DNA of 63,633 bases, the filler included, from Circinaria calcarea (lineage: Eukaryota): assembly GCA_051942165.1 (NCBI GenBank). It is 9 parts of 9 records of this genome, joined end to end, with 100 filler letters (N's around TTAATTAATTAA, not from the genome) between each part and the next. Parts side by side here need not be neighbours in the genome. Positions count along the whole stretch, not along the records: positions 21,258 to 28,240 come from JAVECS010001440.1; positions 28,341 to 35,322 come from JAVECS010001441.1; positions 35,423 to 42,404 come from JAVECS010001442.1; 6 more parts are not named here. One strand, 5' to 3'. Both the position numbers and the translations under genes were made by a program. The notes below the pieces were generated by a model. That model had not been told where the DNA came from, did not search any database, and saw only the letters and a list, made by a program, of their open reading frames with translations. Positions 22,982 to 36,260 of the stretch are shown here, piece by piece (position 1 is the first letter of the stretch; each line of letters starts with the position of its first letter).

Positions 22982-25681
22982 ATGGTGCTTGAGGAGCAAA
23001 GCCCTGCATCCCATAACCAGATGCTTGGGCAACGAATCTGCCATCCCCTGTCAACAAATTTCGATGTCGACTTCGAGAGCCCTTCAGCCAAGCGACTGAA
23101 ACGATACGAGAGTACGGATAGTTCACTGTCTCGTATCGAGAGTGACGACGACATAATACGATCCTCTACTCCCAACCTTGTCACTCGAGAAATCCCAGAC
23201 TCGGAAGCAGAAAGCGAGGATGACGGTCCCACCCAGTCATCACAGAGGACCGACCTCGAGAGTGCTTTACCGCCGGTAAAGACAGACAAAGAGGCCATAG
23301 CCGATTACGAAGCTACACGGGCCGCCGAAGAAATTGTTTCCTCAGATCTACATAGACGGCTTGGACAGCGAAAGTGGGTGCCAGGAAAGAGCTCAATATA
23401 TGTCGATGCTTTTAATTTGGCATTGGAAACTGTCTTGGAGGATGAGGCTCATCTCTTCGACGAGGCCGAGATGGCTGTTTTCGAGTACTGGAGGAACCTA
23501 GGCTACGAAGCACAGTATTTGTAGGTAACAGTTTCCGGTAGTCTTTGGCAGCCTAGGTAGCTGGACTTACATTCCGATAGATACGTACGGCTCTTCTTAC
23601 GAAAGACCGCGGCCTGGCACCGCATTGGTCAATTGGGATATCACGGGGACATAGCAGACCTACAAAAAGCGGCCTCGGATTTACTTAAATCGCAGTATCT
23701 CCCCAAGTCCACAGCGGCTGTCCAAATACATCCCGGTGAATCTGAAGCACCGATTGACTCAAGGCTCGAAGGCAGCTTTACCTTCGCTGATGGGTCAAAT
23801 GATCATATTAACACGCTGGAAGAAGCCTCAAGCCTACTAAAACTCGATGAGTTAAAGACCATTGCCAAAGAAGCCAAAGTGCAAGGCAAGAACAAGCGCG
23901 ATTTGCTTCAAGCTCTTCGAATTACGAGCCAAAAACAGGGTGGCCTTGGCTGGTCTGGACTGAAGAGATCGGAAACAGAGGAGTTTGTAAACTCAGAGAT
24001 TTCGGGGAGTAAACTAGATGAGAATGGAGATGAGTCTCCCTTCGCTGATGGAGTGGCAACCAACCGGGATACACACTTCGTTAGCAAGATTCTTAGCAGC
24101 ACTGGTTCCTGTATACGACTCTCCAGTGCACCGCTGAAACTTTTTGAACGGGTTCACCTGGTGTTCTATCGTTCAACGGAATGGACGGAAAAGTCGCTCA
24201 CTACAATCATTTTAGCTAGGATATCGAGACGCAGTTTTCCAGAGTATATAGTTTCTCGATCTACCAATATCTTCTCCTCTAGATCTGCTTTATTGGAGTT
24301 TGAAGCCTCAATACGAACACAGTTCCGTGTGGATGGCATACTGGAGATGAATGGCACAGTGACTAAAGATGGCTTGCGGAAGGTCCAGGATATCTTCGAA
24401 GAGGTGTATCCTCGCTGGAAGGTCCTCGTTGCAGAGGAACAAGACAAAGAAGACCGGGTGTACGAAAGTGGCGAGGGCGCATATCTACGACGGTTTTCTC
24501 CTGCTTGGGTGTACACTCGTATCGTCCACAAAGGCTTATATCCTCTTGCACGCTTCAAGGAACACAAAAAAGAGCATAACCTACTTGATGAACTTCTCGA
24601 TCAGCATCTTTTCCATGCAGCAAGGCGGGGTGCGTGGTATCAACGGAAGGCACTCCTTGAAGAGCATTACATGTGGGCCCTTGAGCCTGATCATGGCCGG
24701 GGTGTTGATGCTCAGAAGAAGTACTGGAAGAGGATTGCGCTCCGAACGTGTGAAGAAGGTCTTCAAGACCGAGACTGCCATCTCATCTATCATTACGATC
24801 TACAAAAAAGGGTGATAAAGTTGGAAAAGGCACTGAAGGTGGTGAAGCGAGAGCAGCATGACTTTGGACATGTGAGACTAGCCAAGCCCCTGGAACGTAC
24901 CGTGGAAGGTATCAAGATCGAAAAAGAGCGACCGCCTAGTAGGAAGGGTTATCGACGAGGCAGTGATGCGAATAGTCCTCGTCGTGGTGGGAAGACGATA
25001 TGGGTTGATGAACGAGAAGGGGGCGGAGAATGTAGCGTAGAGCAGATGTGCTTGAGTTGGTATCGGGAGCAAGGCTGGAAGGGATATCACTCGGAAGGTG
25101 GCATTGTCCGAACACTGGTAAACATCTCCTATCGGTCACTTTGATGCGCTTTGCCTAACGATATATAGTTTGGCTACCTGTTCTACGATGTTCTCTTCAC
25201 CTACATTCCCAACGTCTTCCAAACCCCCTACCAGACCTGTCCTCTGGATCTGCATACAGATGCGTTCTTCCCCTCGCGAGCATCAGAGATTAACCATCGG
25301 TTGGTTGAGATTGGCAATGGCGAGGCTAGCAGACTGATTCGCGAAGTCTACGATCGCGAGCACGAGAAGCAGACCTGCGTCGTCGGCATTAACTGGGCAT
25401 ATGAGTTTGACGACCTCCTTGAAATCATTTCGTGTTTTCGCAGCGAAGCACTGGCTACGGTGTGCAAGGTGATGGCTCAAGAGTATCAACAACGTGGCGG
25501 CGGAATCCCTGACCTGTTCCTTTGGCACCCGGAGAATAAGGAGGTTATGTTTTCGGAGGTGAAGTCGGAAAATGACCGTCTAAGTGATACTCAGAGGCTT
25601 TGGATACACGTCCTCGCTGGCGCTGGTATCAAGGTAGAGCTTTGCAATGCCGTTGCAAGAGAGGTCAGAGTCGAGCGCTAA
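22982..25681 (+). CDS. FAN1: Fanconi-associated nuclease 1 (SAP, TPR and VRR-NUC domains); 2 introns; start codon uncertain
   Basis: SSIYVDAFNLALETVLEDEAHLF, YVRLFLRK, RRGAWYQRKAL, CSVEQMCL...GWKGYHSEGGI, GGIPDLFLW...EVKSENDRLSDTQRLW (PD-(D/E)xK). Confidence 0.95.
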
Positions 25682-26313
25682 ACAACGGAGCTCCTTAACA
25701 CCATGGCACTAGGGTAGCAGCTGGCTTGGTCGCACTGTTTATCTCCCGGTCGATTTCGCCCGTCCTTCTACTACGATTCCCACTAATATCGACATCGTCC
25801 CTTTTGATGCGGAGAAAGCCAGACTCGGCAGTGACGCCATCTCTCACTTGAGGAGATTTCCCCGCATTTTCGCTTAGCCCGATGGCCTAAGGTCCTGTGA
25901 TGATTTCTCATCCAATGACCGCGTCCAATTACCCCATTGAGATAACTTCCGTACTTGCATCTGCCGCGAAAAGTCTCCAATTTGGTGCGAAGGAAGGTCA
26001 ATTGAGAGGATTTGAATGGAAGTGACAGAGTAGGATACGAATTCGGTCTCTTGCCCCCTGCCTTGTTTACTCGGCCCTTTTCCCGTCAAAGATGATGATG
26101 CAATCCTCAGCACTGGGCCAAGTACACTTGGTGCCGTGCGTGTCCATATAAAGGTCAAGGTACGTACATGGAGGATTACTTCGTTATTTGCAGGTCGGCC
26201 TGGTTGTTCAAGGATACTGCATAAATCTAATCAATATTGCTGCTTTCCCTTACATGTGAATTCTCCAATTATCGGCCAGCAGCATCTTTTGGCTCCAACC
26301 AATTGAGTCCTCG

Positions 26314-28198
26314 ATGATGTTCCGCTATCAGCTGTTGCTTGTCGCCGCTCTGGCCTTGCAGTATGTCCAGGCACAAAGCACGACAACATCCTATGTTGAG
26401 CCCACCGTGCCTACGGGAAGCCCTATACCGGGAAATTATACCGGTGCCCTCAGACCTCAGCTTCACTTTTCCCCTCCGCAATACTTTATGAATGGTATGC
26501 CTTGAGATTGGTGGACGTCGCATAATACTCTGATATTTACTCTCGGTTCTAGATCCCAATGGCATGTTTCTCGACACCGAAGGAACCTATCATCTGTATT
26601 ATCAATGTGAGCCTTTCCCCTCTTGGCCCATGTATCCTCCAATGATCCTTCCTGACCCCCTGGAACTAGATAACCCAACAGGAATCGTAGCCGGCAATCA
26701 GCATTGGGGCCACACCACCTCCAAGGATCTCTACCACTGGACCAATCAGCCCATTGCCATTTACCCCGGCGCAGAGGGCGAGGGCATCTTCTCGGGCTCC
26801 GCCGTCATAGACGTTAACAACACCTCCGGATTCTTCCCCAACCAGACCAACGGTGTCGTCGCCATCTACACCCTCCATACCCCGGTGGAAGAAACCCAAG
26901 ACATTGCCTACTCCACCGACAATGGCTATACCTTCACCAAATACACCGGGAACCCTGTCCTCGCCATCAACAGCACCCAATTCCGCGACCCAAAAGTCAT
27001 CTGGCACGCGCCTACCCAATCATGGGTCATGGTCGTCGCCTACGCCCGGGCCTTCACCATCGGAATCTTCACCTCCCCCAACCTTAAAAACTGGACCCAC
27101 GCCTCCAACTTCTCGCAGGCCGGTCTCTTAGGTCTCCAATATGAATGTCCTAACTTGGTCCCGATCCCGCTTCTCCTTAACGCCTCTGGTCCCCTAGCTC
27201 CCTCCAACTTCGCCCCCGCAAGGCCAGATACCCCATCTTACATCCTCACGATCAGCATCAACCCCGGTGCCCCTTACGGTGGTTCGATAACCGAATACTT
27301 CCCCGGCAACTTCAACGGCACGCACTTCACCACCATCGACGATGCCGCCCGCATCGCCGACTTTGGAAAAGACAATTACGCTGGGCAATTCTTCTACGGC
27401 ATCCCCGATGCCTCGCCCACCATCAGTATCGCCTGGGCCAGTAATTGGCAGTACTCGCAAGTAGTGCCCACCGGTCCCCGGGAGAACTGGCGCTCCAGCA
27501 TGACTCTGCCCCGGCAAAACGTGCTGATCGAATCCCCCATCGGCAACGCCGGTTACGATCTCGTTTCCTACCCCGTCGATTTCTCGTCCCTTTACACCAG
27601 CGGTAGCCCCCTCGTCTCCAACAGCAGCCTCGGCAACTCCTCCCTCTTCGTCCCCTACGGCTCCCTCCTCTCCAGCGGCGCCCTCGCCTTTAATATCACC
27701 ATCAGCTCCATCCCCGCCGCGGCCGGAACGCAAGGAGGTCCCCCCATGGGTACCGTCAACTTCACCTTCCTCTCCTCCAGCACCGCCGAGTCCCTCCGCG
27801 GCGGCCTCTTCCTCGCCGGCGACTTCTGGCTCGACCGCTCCCTGTCCTCCAATCCCTTCCGCTCGAACCCCTTCTTCACGGATAAGTTCTCCTCCAGCCC
27901 GGCTTACGGCGACCCCACCGCCAACACGTCGCGAAGTATCCTCGCCGTCATTGATCGCAGTATCTTTGAGGTCTTCCTCGATGGCGGCCAGAGGAGCGCC
28001 ACGACGACTTTTTTCCCCGAAGGCGAAATGGATACGCTGGTGGTGGGTGCGGCGGGCATCAGTGAGAGTGTGGGGGTCAGTGTGGAGGTGTGGGGCTTAA
28101 GCAGTACCTGGACAGGGATGGAGGCGGGGAACGGGACGATGGCGATGGTGCAGGGGCAGAAGGTAAGAAGGAGTGGGTGGATTGGGGGAGGGTTGTGA
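26314..28198 (+). CDS. Secreted GH32 beta-fructofuranosidase (invertase/exo-inulinase); 2 introns
   Basis: Signal-peptide-like N-terminus; [15 protein letters not shown] (nucleophile), [34 protein letters not shown]. Confidence 0.95.
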
Positions 28199-28240
28199 AG
28201 TTTTTCTTTTGCAGGTGGATTAAAGGGGATTGGTAGTGAG

Positions 28241-28340
28241 NNNNNNNNNNNNNNNNNNNNNNNNNNNNNNNNNNNNNNNNNNNNTTAATTAATTAANNNN
28301 NNNNNNNNNNNNNNNNNNNNNNNNNNNNNNNNNNNNNNNN
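28241..28340. other. Artificial contig linker
   Basis: 44 N + TTAATTAATTAA + 44 N. Confidence 0.99.
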
Positions 28341-28897
28341 GTGGGGGATCATGCCCCGGACGGTTTTGTAGAAGATTCGGGATGGAGCACGAAAATGGAA
28401 AGGACCTTGATAGAGAGAGATGTCAGACGTCTGCGGATAATACATGCCATCCTCCTATTTAATCCTCAATGGGATGCGTACCTCCACGAGTTGGGTTGTA
28501 TCGAGTCATCTTGCGTAGGTAGGCATGGTATTTTACTGTTTTACCGCCATAACTGTTAGCCTGAAGCTCATGATCTGTACAGCACCCATGATTTTAAAAA
28601 TATCGACGAACCCGTCGTTTATATAGGGAACATACGTTTTGCGCGAAAGAATTCCCCCGAGATATTGAGGGCTTCGCATCGAACAACTACGATCTTCTGT
28701 CCATTGAGCAGCTGCTTGGCCACAGTGCTGGCCAAGCGACCTAGGAGATGTCCTTTGCCATCGATCACAACCTATCCACAGGTCCCGTTAGCCGCAATAT
28801 CATCAAGTGCCTTTGTGTTGCGCAATCCAGTGGATCTGCAGACAGACAGCTCTGCCAGAAGCCAAAGGATACTCACAACTGGATCAAATGTTGACAT
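28341..28897 (-). CDS. RPL16: 60S ribosomal protein L16/L13a (uL13), 5' part (3' truncated); not in the ORF track
   Basis: Spliced: [92 protein letters not shown]. Confidence 0.96.
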
Positions 28898-29032
28898 TCT
28901 AATCTGCTGAAGTTGCCCTGTGAGGTCTAGGTTAGTATTCGCAGAAACGTGGATGCTTTACAGTTTTGGTGTTGGGCGATTCATGCCCATCAGCTTTGAG
29001 TGTGGGCTTTCGCTTGAGCATGGCTAGTCCAT

Positions 29033-29054
29033 TTAGGGAATAGCCCCTTAGGGC
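29033..29054. promoter_or_regulatory. TTAGGG/TAGCCC (Tbf1-like) element upstream of a ribosomal protein gene
   Basis: TTAGGGAATAGCCCCTTAGGGC about 140 bp upstream of the RPL16 ATG; TTAGGG-type motifs are known in ascomycete RP gene promoters. Confidence 0.4.
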
Positions 29055-29868
29055 AACTCACAAGTATCTATGCACCCACTGTAGCTTTTGCTACAGCACT
29101 CCTCTCTTCGTTTCCGAACTTACCTCAATAGCATGGATGGGTATAGAAATGTAGGCGCTCTACCTATACAAATATCGAATTCACCCTTCCTTTTGCCTTC
29201 GCCTACAGCTAACCAATATACACGGAACCCCGCACTCGAGCGCTTTTTCCCTGCATACTCTATCACTTTCCAAATGCCAAGTCTGGGGTTGCGGCATGTG
29301 CCAGTTGTATGGTTCTCTCTGTTCGATTGAGATAGGGAATAATCCAAGCTGCCAGGATCTAGATCCTTCGATACTCTAGCCGCAGGATGCTTTTTGTTAG
29401 ATACTCCACGGAGTCGTTGGGTTTCCGGCAGATCTTTTCAATTGGATTAGAAAGTTGCCGTCTGGTAGGCGTCGATTCCCTATGGTGAGCGAATGGTATC
29501 TTTAGCTTCAGTCAATGATCTTCTTCTTCCGCATCTTCAGGTTGATATCTGCAATTCAGTCACGTTCATCATATACTCTTTGGGAAACTGTGTGTGTCCC
29601 AAGGTAAGAACTACAGTATTGCGGCATCCTGTAGGATCCTACTTCGCATTGCACTTGAGATAGAGGATCCTTCTGCATTGCATGAAGGTCCTACTAGATC
29701 AGCGGCAATGTGTAGAAAAGGCACTGAATTCCCCCTACCATACATTCCCATCTCTCCGACCCCGATCAGTAGTCGACTGGTTACCTTAGTAGCTATTGCT
29801 GCTTCGTGCTATCGATTCATCCTTACTTTGGGCGAGAAGAACATTCAGGTACAAGTTGTTCTTCAATC

Positions 29869-31523
29869 ATGGTTAACGTTTTTCCAGAATCCCTGGTATA
29901 TCAACAGCTTGGGGTCTGTATTGCCATTGTTCTCATTGGCTATACCTTCTATGGCATCGTCTATCGATTATATTTTAGTCCCATTGCGAAATTCCCAGGC
30001 CCTCGGCTTGCCGCACTATCACTTTGGTATGAGTTCTACTATGATGTGATTCAAGATGGACGATATACTTGGAAGATCGCTGAGTTGCATAAGCAATATG
30101 GTACTGGAGGCAGTCCAAACCAAGTGAGATTTATTATTCACGACTTTTCCAGGTCCTATCATTCGCATCACCCCATATGAACTCCATATTAACGACCCAA
30201 ATTTCTATGACGAACTATATGTTGGGCCGGCGAAGAGGAAGACAGACAAGTTTTGGTACTCGGTAAGACACTAGATTATTAAATCTGAATTATGCCGATA
30301 GATGTCCTCCTCAGGTTCGCATTTTTGACGCGCCTGGTACTGCCTTTGCAACTGTACCTCATGATCTCCATCGCATGCGACGCTGTGCTTTTGCCAAATT
30401 TTTCTCCAAACAGTCCATAAGGACATTGGAGCCAAGGATCCAGTCCGCTGTCAACAGGTTGTGCTTCCGGTTTGAAGAGAGCAAACAGAAAGGGAAATAC
30501 ATCAATATTCTGCATGCCTACTCAGCTTTGACGGCGGATGTCATATCAGAATACTGCTTCTCGCAGTCATACAATCATTTGGATAGGTCTGACTTCGCTT
30601 CGGATTACCACGATGCCATGGAGACAATGGTCGAACTCTCGCACATAATGAAGCAATTCGGTTGGCTCGCGACGGTCGCGCATGTCTTACCGATCTGGCT
30701 GCTCAAGAAAATAAATCCAACCATGTCTTATATGGTTGGCTGCCAGGATGCTTGGGAGCTTCAGATTAAAGAGATCATGGCCAAGAGAGGCCAGGCCGAG
30801 GATAAAGAGGATTCTGCGCAAACGAACATATTCGAGACTATCCTAGATTCTGATTTGCCAGCTTCTGAAAAAAAAGTCACGAGACTTGGAAGAGAGGCTC
30901 AAGCCTTGATCGGTGCCGGTACGATAACGACGGCAGCGACCCTTGCCGCTAGTACATACTACGTACTATCTAACGACTCCGTTCTCGCATCACTGATGGA
31001 TGAACTCTACGAAGCAATGCCTGACACTTCTCATTCTCCCCTCCTTGCCGAAGTCGAAAGGCTTCCATACTTGACGGCAATTATGTATGAGAGTCTTCGT
31101 ATCGGCTATGGCATTTCCCACCGCCTACAACGCGTTGCACCTGATCAGGCGATAGTGTTCCAGGATTGGACTATCCCTCCAGGCACACCTGTTGGTATGA
31201 CTTCGGTCATGATACATAGCGACCCCAAGATATTCCCGGATCCGTACACTTTCAAACCCGAACGGTGGCTCCCCATCCATACTGAAGGGCAGCGTCTGCA
31301 AAAGTATCTTGTACCGTTCAGCAAAGGGTCGAGAGCATGCGCAGCCATCAATCTGGCATATGCAGAGATCCTGCTGACGCTGGCGGCAGTGTTCCGGAAG
31401 TTTGGCAATGAAATGAGGATCTGGGATACCATCCGCGAGAGGGATATCGACATCACAAGGGATAAGGTCCATCCGAGGCCCAAGAGAGAATCGAAAGGCG
31501 TATTGATTAAATTCACTCCGTGA
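29869..31523 (+). CDS. Cytochrome P450, trichodiene-oxygenase (CYP58)-like; 2 introns
   Basis: N-terminal [46 protein letters not shown]-helix AGTITT, ESLR, PERW, heme motif [10 protein letters not shown]. Confidence 0.92.
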
Positions 31524-32399
31524 GAAGGCAGAGCAAACAAAACTGTACTTATTTAGTACAGCTTCATGGAACTACATGCGCAGAATTGTGTCGCCGAGGG
31601 TATAGGATACACGACTGTGACCGTGGCTCTAGACTGGCTAGAAAATTGGACTCGGTCGTTTGTCTATCGAACGCATCTCCTATACTTGAGCGAGCTCTAA
31701 TATACCAAAGGTCATCGTACCAAATCAGACTTGAATCATGGTTTGATAGCAATCTCATTCCACTGCACAGGCATTTAATATAGGTCTCGGGGCCACTGCA
31801 CGTAGCCCGTTTGGTTTCCAAACCCCCTTTGTGGCAGTAATCCCTGCGCAAGACAGAAGATATGCAGACAATATCCCTCTCATCACAGGAAAGTCCTTCG
31901 TCTCCCATAGTAATTGAAGCCGAGTACATGTATATAATAGGGTAAGACAAGCTCCAGGAGTCAACCTGATGATAATCTGCCCAATCGGGAGAGGGCCTCG
32001 ATTGCCCGCTATATTAGCTTATTGTCTGATAGGCGCCCCCCCCCCCGCAGCAGTATGGAAGTTCGAAGCCATGACTGGCTGTGAATGTGAAGACCTTATT
32101 CGTTGACATAATTGAAGATTGGAGCTCATTTGGTCACAACGGCGCATCTTGGAACCGATGAGCTTCCTACCAGACCTTGGTAGCTTCATGAGCTGACCTG
32201 GAGAAATCAACCACGTAGGTGGTTAACTACAGCCGCTCCTTGTACCACGAAGCCTATCCCCACAACAGATGTTAGATACTTGGGGTAATACTATCGTCAC
32301 CCTTCTGAGCTCCAGCCAAAGTTGGAGCGCAGCATTGTAAGTATCTTAGAACTCCTCCCGCCGTCAATTCTATATTTCGCTGATCCATCACAGCTCAGC

Positions 32400-35322
32400 A
32401 TGAAGAAGACCTCTCGGAATCCGATTGCTTTCACGCCCCTACCAGTAACCATTATTACCTCGGTCATATATGCCGGCTTACTCATTGCCCTACTCGTCGT
32501 ACATACTGTCGTTCCTTCGGCACCCCGCGATGCAAGTCCGGTTGCAGGCATCAACATCACGGAAGCATGGCATGATTTACAAACCTTGAGCAATGGCTTC
32601 CATCCTTATAATAGTCGGAGAAATGATGAGATTCGAGACTGGATCCTACAACGGCTAGATACCATTCTAGTCAAGAAGAGTCCAGCTTACAGGCCTCGAA
32701 GCGTCCGCAGTAGTACTTTTACAACGCCAAGAACGACCAACACGTCTCATGAAATACCCTTGGCCTATGTCTTCAATGACATGACATCAAATTTTACGAG
32801 TTCCGCTAGTGTTTTTGGAACATCTGGTCTGAGTGTTTACTTTGAAGGAACGAATGTCATTGTCTACATACGAGGATCGGAAGACGATCAAAGCGACTGG
32901 TGGAAGACACCGCACGCTAGAGCTCAAGGCAAAGGAGGAGTGCTGTTAAATGCACATTACGATAGCGTCTCGACGGGTTTCGGCGCAACGGACGACGGAG
33001 TTGGCGTGGTCAGCATTCTTCAGCTTATCAAATATTTCACCACGCCGGGACATCAACCGAAAAGGGGCATAGTAGCATTGTTCAACAATGGCGAGGAAGA
33101 CTTCCTCAATGGTGCCCGGGCCTTTACCCAGCACCCAATGTCTCGATTCGTTCACATTTTTCTAAACCTTGAGGGGGCTGGCGCTGGTGGACGAGCGGTA
33201 CTCTTCAGGAGCACGGATACAGAAGTCACGAGATTCTACCAGAAAAGTCCGTATCCTTTCGGAACAGCGTTGAGTGGTGACGGTTTCCGCCGTGGTTTTG
33301 TTCGGAGCCAGACTGACTATGTGGTATTCGATGGGATCCTCGGGCTTCGAGGGCTTGATGTAGCGTTTATGGAGCCAAGAGCTCGGTACCATACCGACCA
33401 AGATGATACTAGGCATACGAGTAAAGACTCCCTATGGCACATGTTGTCTGCTGCATTGTCGACAACGAAAGCCCTTACCCAAGACACAAGCTCCACTTTT
33501 GAAGGTAAAAACCCAGACAAAGGAAAGGTTCCTAGCGGCTCTGAAACTCCTGGTGTTTGGTTTGACTTGTTTGGACGAGCGTTTGTTGTTTTTCGGCTTC
33601 ACACATTGTTCGCGCTATCGGTTACCTTACTCGTTGTTCCGCCGCTTGTCTTGGTCATTATTGCACTCATCTTGCTCAAGGTCGATAAGCTTTATCTTTT
33701 CAGCTCGTCGAAACATCACCATCACTCCGAAGGCGACGACACTGTACCTTTACAAGGATGGCGTGGGTTTTTTAGGTACCCGATCATATTCATATTAGCT
33801 GCGGCTGCAGACGTTGGCCTCGCATTCCTCATCACCAAATTCAACCCATTCATTGTATACAGCAGCCCTTATGCTGTCTGGAGTATGATGCTCTCTGCAT
33901 GGGTGTTTGTGGTATGGTTCTTTTCTCGAGCAGCGGACTTTGCAAGGCCCACTGCCTTTCACCGTGCTTACTCGCTCTTGTGGATGTTTGGGGGAGGGTG
34001 GCTCATACTGGTCTTTGCGACTGTGCTTGAGCACCGCTTCGATATTGCTGCCGGCTACTTTATGGTCTTCTACTTTGCAGCAATCTTCCTAGCCACAATG
34101 ATTGCCTTTCTTGAGCTTTTTGGATTGAGCCGGAAGTCAGAATACGCAAACGACTTTGAATGTCACGAGAATGCAAACCAGGGCAGTATAAGATCCGCAA
34201 GCATTTCCAGCAGCAGGTTACTTGCACCGACCGCGGATGAACAAATTGAGGAGACAGGTGTTCAAGATGATGGCGGAGAAGAGGATGCTACCGAATCGAC
34301 CTCTCTACTTCGAGGGCGTAAATCGACAACGTTCGCGAACTACGTAACACCAAATCGTGCACAAGAACCAGAGGCCGATAAGGTCCTTGAAGATCCCAAG
34401 AAGGACAAGGTCTTTGGTTATGAACAAGCCTGGAGCTGGTCACTCCCAAGTTGGACTTGGATTTTACAATTCATACTCATGGCTTTCGTCGCTACCGTTT
34501 TTGTTGGACAGATCGGCCTCCTTTTCATGTCTGCAACGTACCAGACCCTTGCAGATGGCAACTCGGCGTTGACTGTCTACATTATGTTTGCCGTCTTCTC
34601 GGTACTAGTACTTGCTCCCCTTGGCCCTTTCATGCATCGTTACACGTATCACATTCCAATTTTCCTTCTCTGCGTCCTTGCAGGTACCTTGATATATAAC
34701 CTTTTGGCATTCCCTTTCTCTACCAATAACCGTCTTAAGCTCTATTTCGTGCAAAAGGTTGATCTCGATACCGGTATCAACGAAGCCTCCTTGAATGGCG
34801 CTGGACGTTCCTATATTGACGAAGTCATCCAGAACCTACCGAGTGCATCGGGCCAGTCCTTTTGTTGTACAGATTCAAAGACAAGGCTCGGTCTGATTGA
34901 ATGCAGTTGGGTTGGGCTATCTCCCAAGGTGGTTCCAAATACGCATCCTGAAGTACCACCATCTCTCGGATATGCAGACTGGCTGTCCTTTAATACTACA
35001 CGGGTAAAAGGCGAAAATGAGGCCCACTTCCGTCTTTGGGGCCGTAATACACGTGCCTGCAAAATTACGTTCAATAGTCCCATCTCGGACTTTAGTGTCG
35101 AGGGTGCAGGGCAAGATGAACGATTTCGATCGGTTCCGGATGATGGAAGCAAGGAAGTCAGATTATGGAGCAGGACATGGGAGAAGCCATGGGATGTCAA
35201 TATACGATGGGAAGCCAGCGAAGGCAAGCATCCTGGGGAGGAAGGACTTGGTGGGAAAGTGACATGTCTTTGGAACGATGAAAACAAGATTGGGACGATT
35301 CCTGCTCTGGATGAGATCAGGC
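32400..35322 (+). CDS. PFF1: M28 family vacuolar membrane protease (Pff1-like), 3' truncated
   Basis: NAHYDSV..GATDDGVG, NNGEEDFLNGA, FLNLEGAGAGG, RSQTDY, GLDVAF..PRARYHT, followed by multiple TM segments. Confidence 0.93.
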
Positions 35323-35422
35323 NNNNNNNNNNNNNNNNNNNNNNNNNNNNNNNNNNNNNNNNNNNNTTAATTAATTAANNNNNNNNNNNNNNNNNNNNNN
35401 NNNNNNNNNNNNNNNNNNNNNN
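35323..35422. other. Artificial contig linker
   Basis: 44 N + TTAATTAATTAA + 44 N. Confidence 0.99.
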
Positions 35423-35676
35423 TTTTTTTGGCCTCTGTATTTGCAGGAGCTTTCGCATTCGAGATGTTAGTGCCTGAACCAGATTACTTGGGCTCAAGGG
35501 TTTAACTCCGATCCTCGCAGCGCTTTCGACAAGACGGTGGACAAGTTCTGGGATGTCAACAATAAAGGCGTATGAGTCTATGCTTTACCTAAGGACAGCA
35601 ATGACCGCAGGCTGACGTTCCCACCAAGCGTCAATGGAAGGACATCCGCCACAAATACGTTGAAAATGACGATTAG
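35423..35676 (+). CDS. QCR9: Cytochrome bc1 complex subunit 9, 3' exons (5' truncated); not in the ORF track
   Basis: Spliced: FLASVFAGAFAFEI|AFDKTVDKFWDVNNKG|RQWKDIRHKYVENDD*. Confidence 0.9.
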
Positions 35677-36260
35677 AGGGTTGAGAGGAGAATATGTATA
35701 ACGACAAGCTGGACTTTGCTTGGGGGATGTAAATAGAAAAACGTGTCTTAAAGGTTCCTCGACTGGTGTTAGATGTTTGGGCTCGGATGCTTGATATGGC
35801 TTCCCCGTATGTAAACTGCATGCCAACGGGGTCATCTGTGAGCGGTCTTCCGCCAGTCAGTAAAATTGTAATGGCAGAGGAATAGACCTCAGTTACAGAA
35901 GCTTATTACATAACATAAATCTTATCAATTCACTCTTCAACACGTGAAAGTTGGTTAGGTTCGCACAGATAGTAGATCGCTTCCACCCCCATCTTTTCGC
36001 ATCACAGACAAGCCTGTACATCTATTGCATACACGACCGTCCGTGCTGAAACAAGGATAGATACTTCCCCTTGATATCCTCAAGGGGCTTAATTTCGCAC
36101 AACTTGTGCGCTCTCATCAGTGCCTGACCTCGCCAGGGAATGAAAGTTAACCTCGATATCTCAAGGTGCCTCGAGCCTACTACGCTACATTACACCCCTC
36201 ACGGTTGCGTACAATCTCGAATATGCACTGACGCTCGTAGCTTTTGTGCTCTGAGCCAAG

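Noticed and set aside
26314..35322. Invertase + P450 + peptidase as a metabolic gene cluster
   Set aside because: A linker and RPL16 separate them; no synthase, transporter or regulator on the P450 contig
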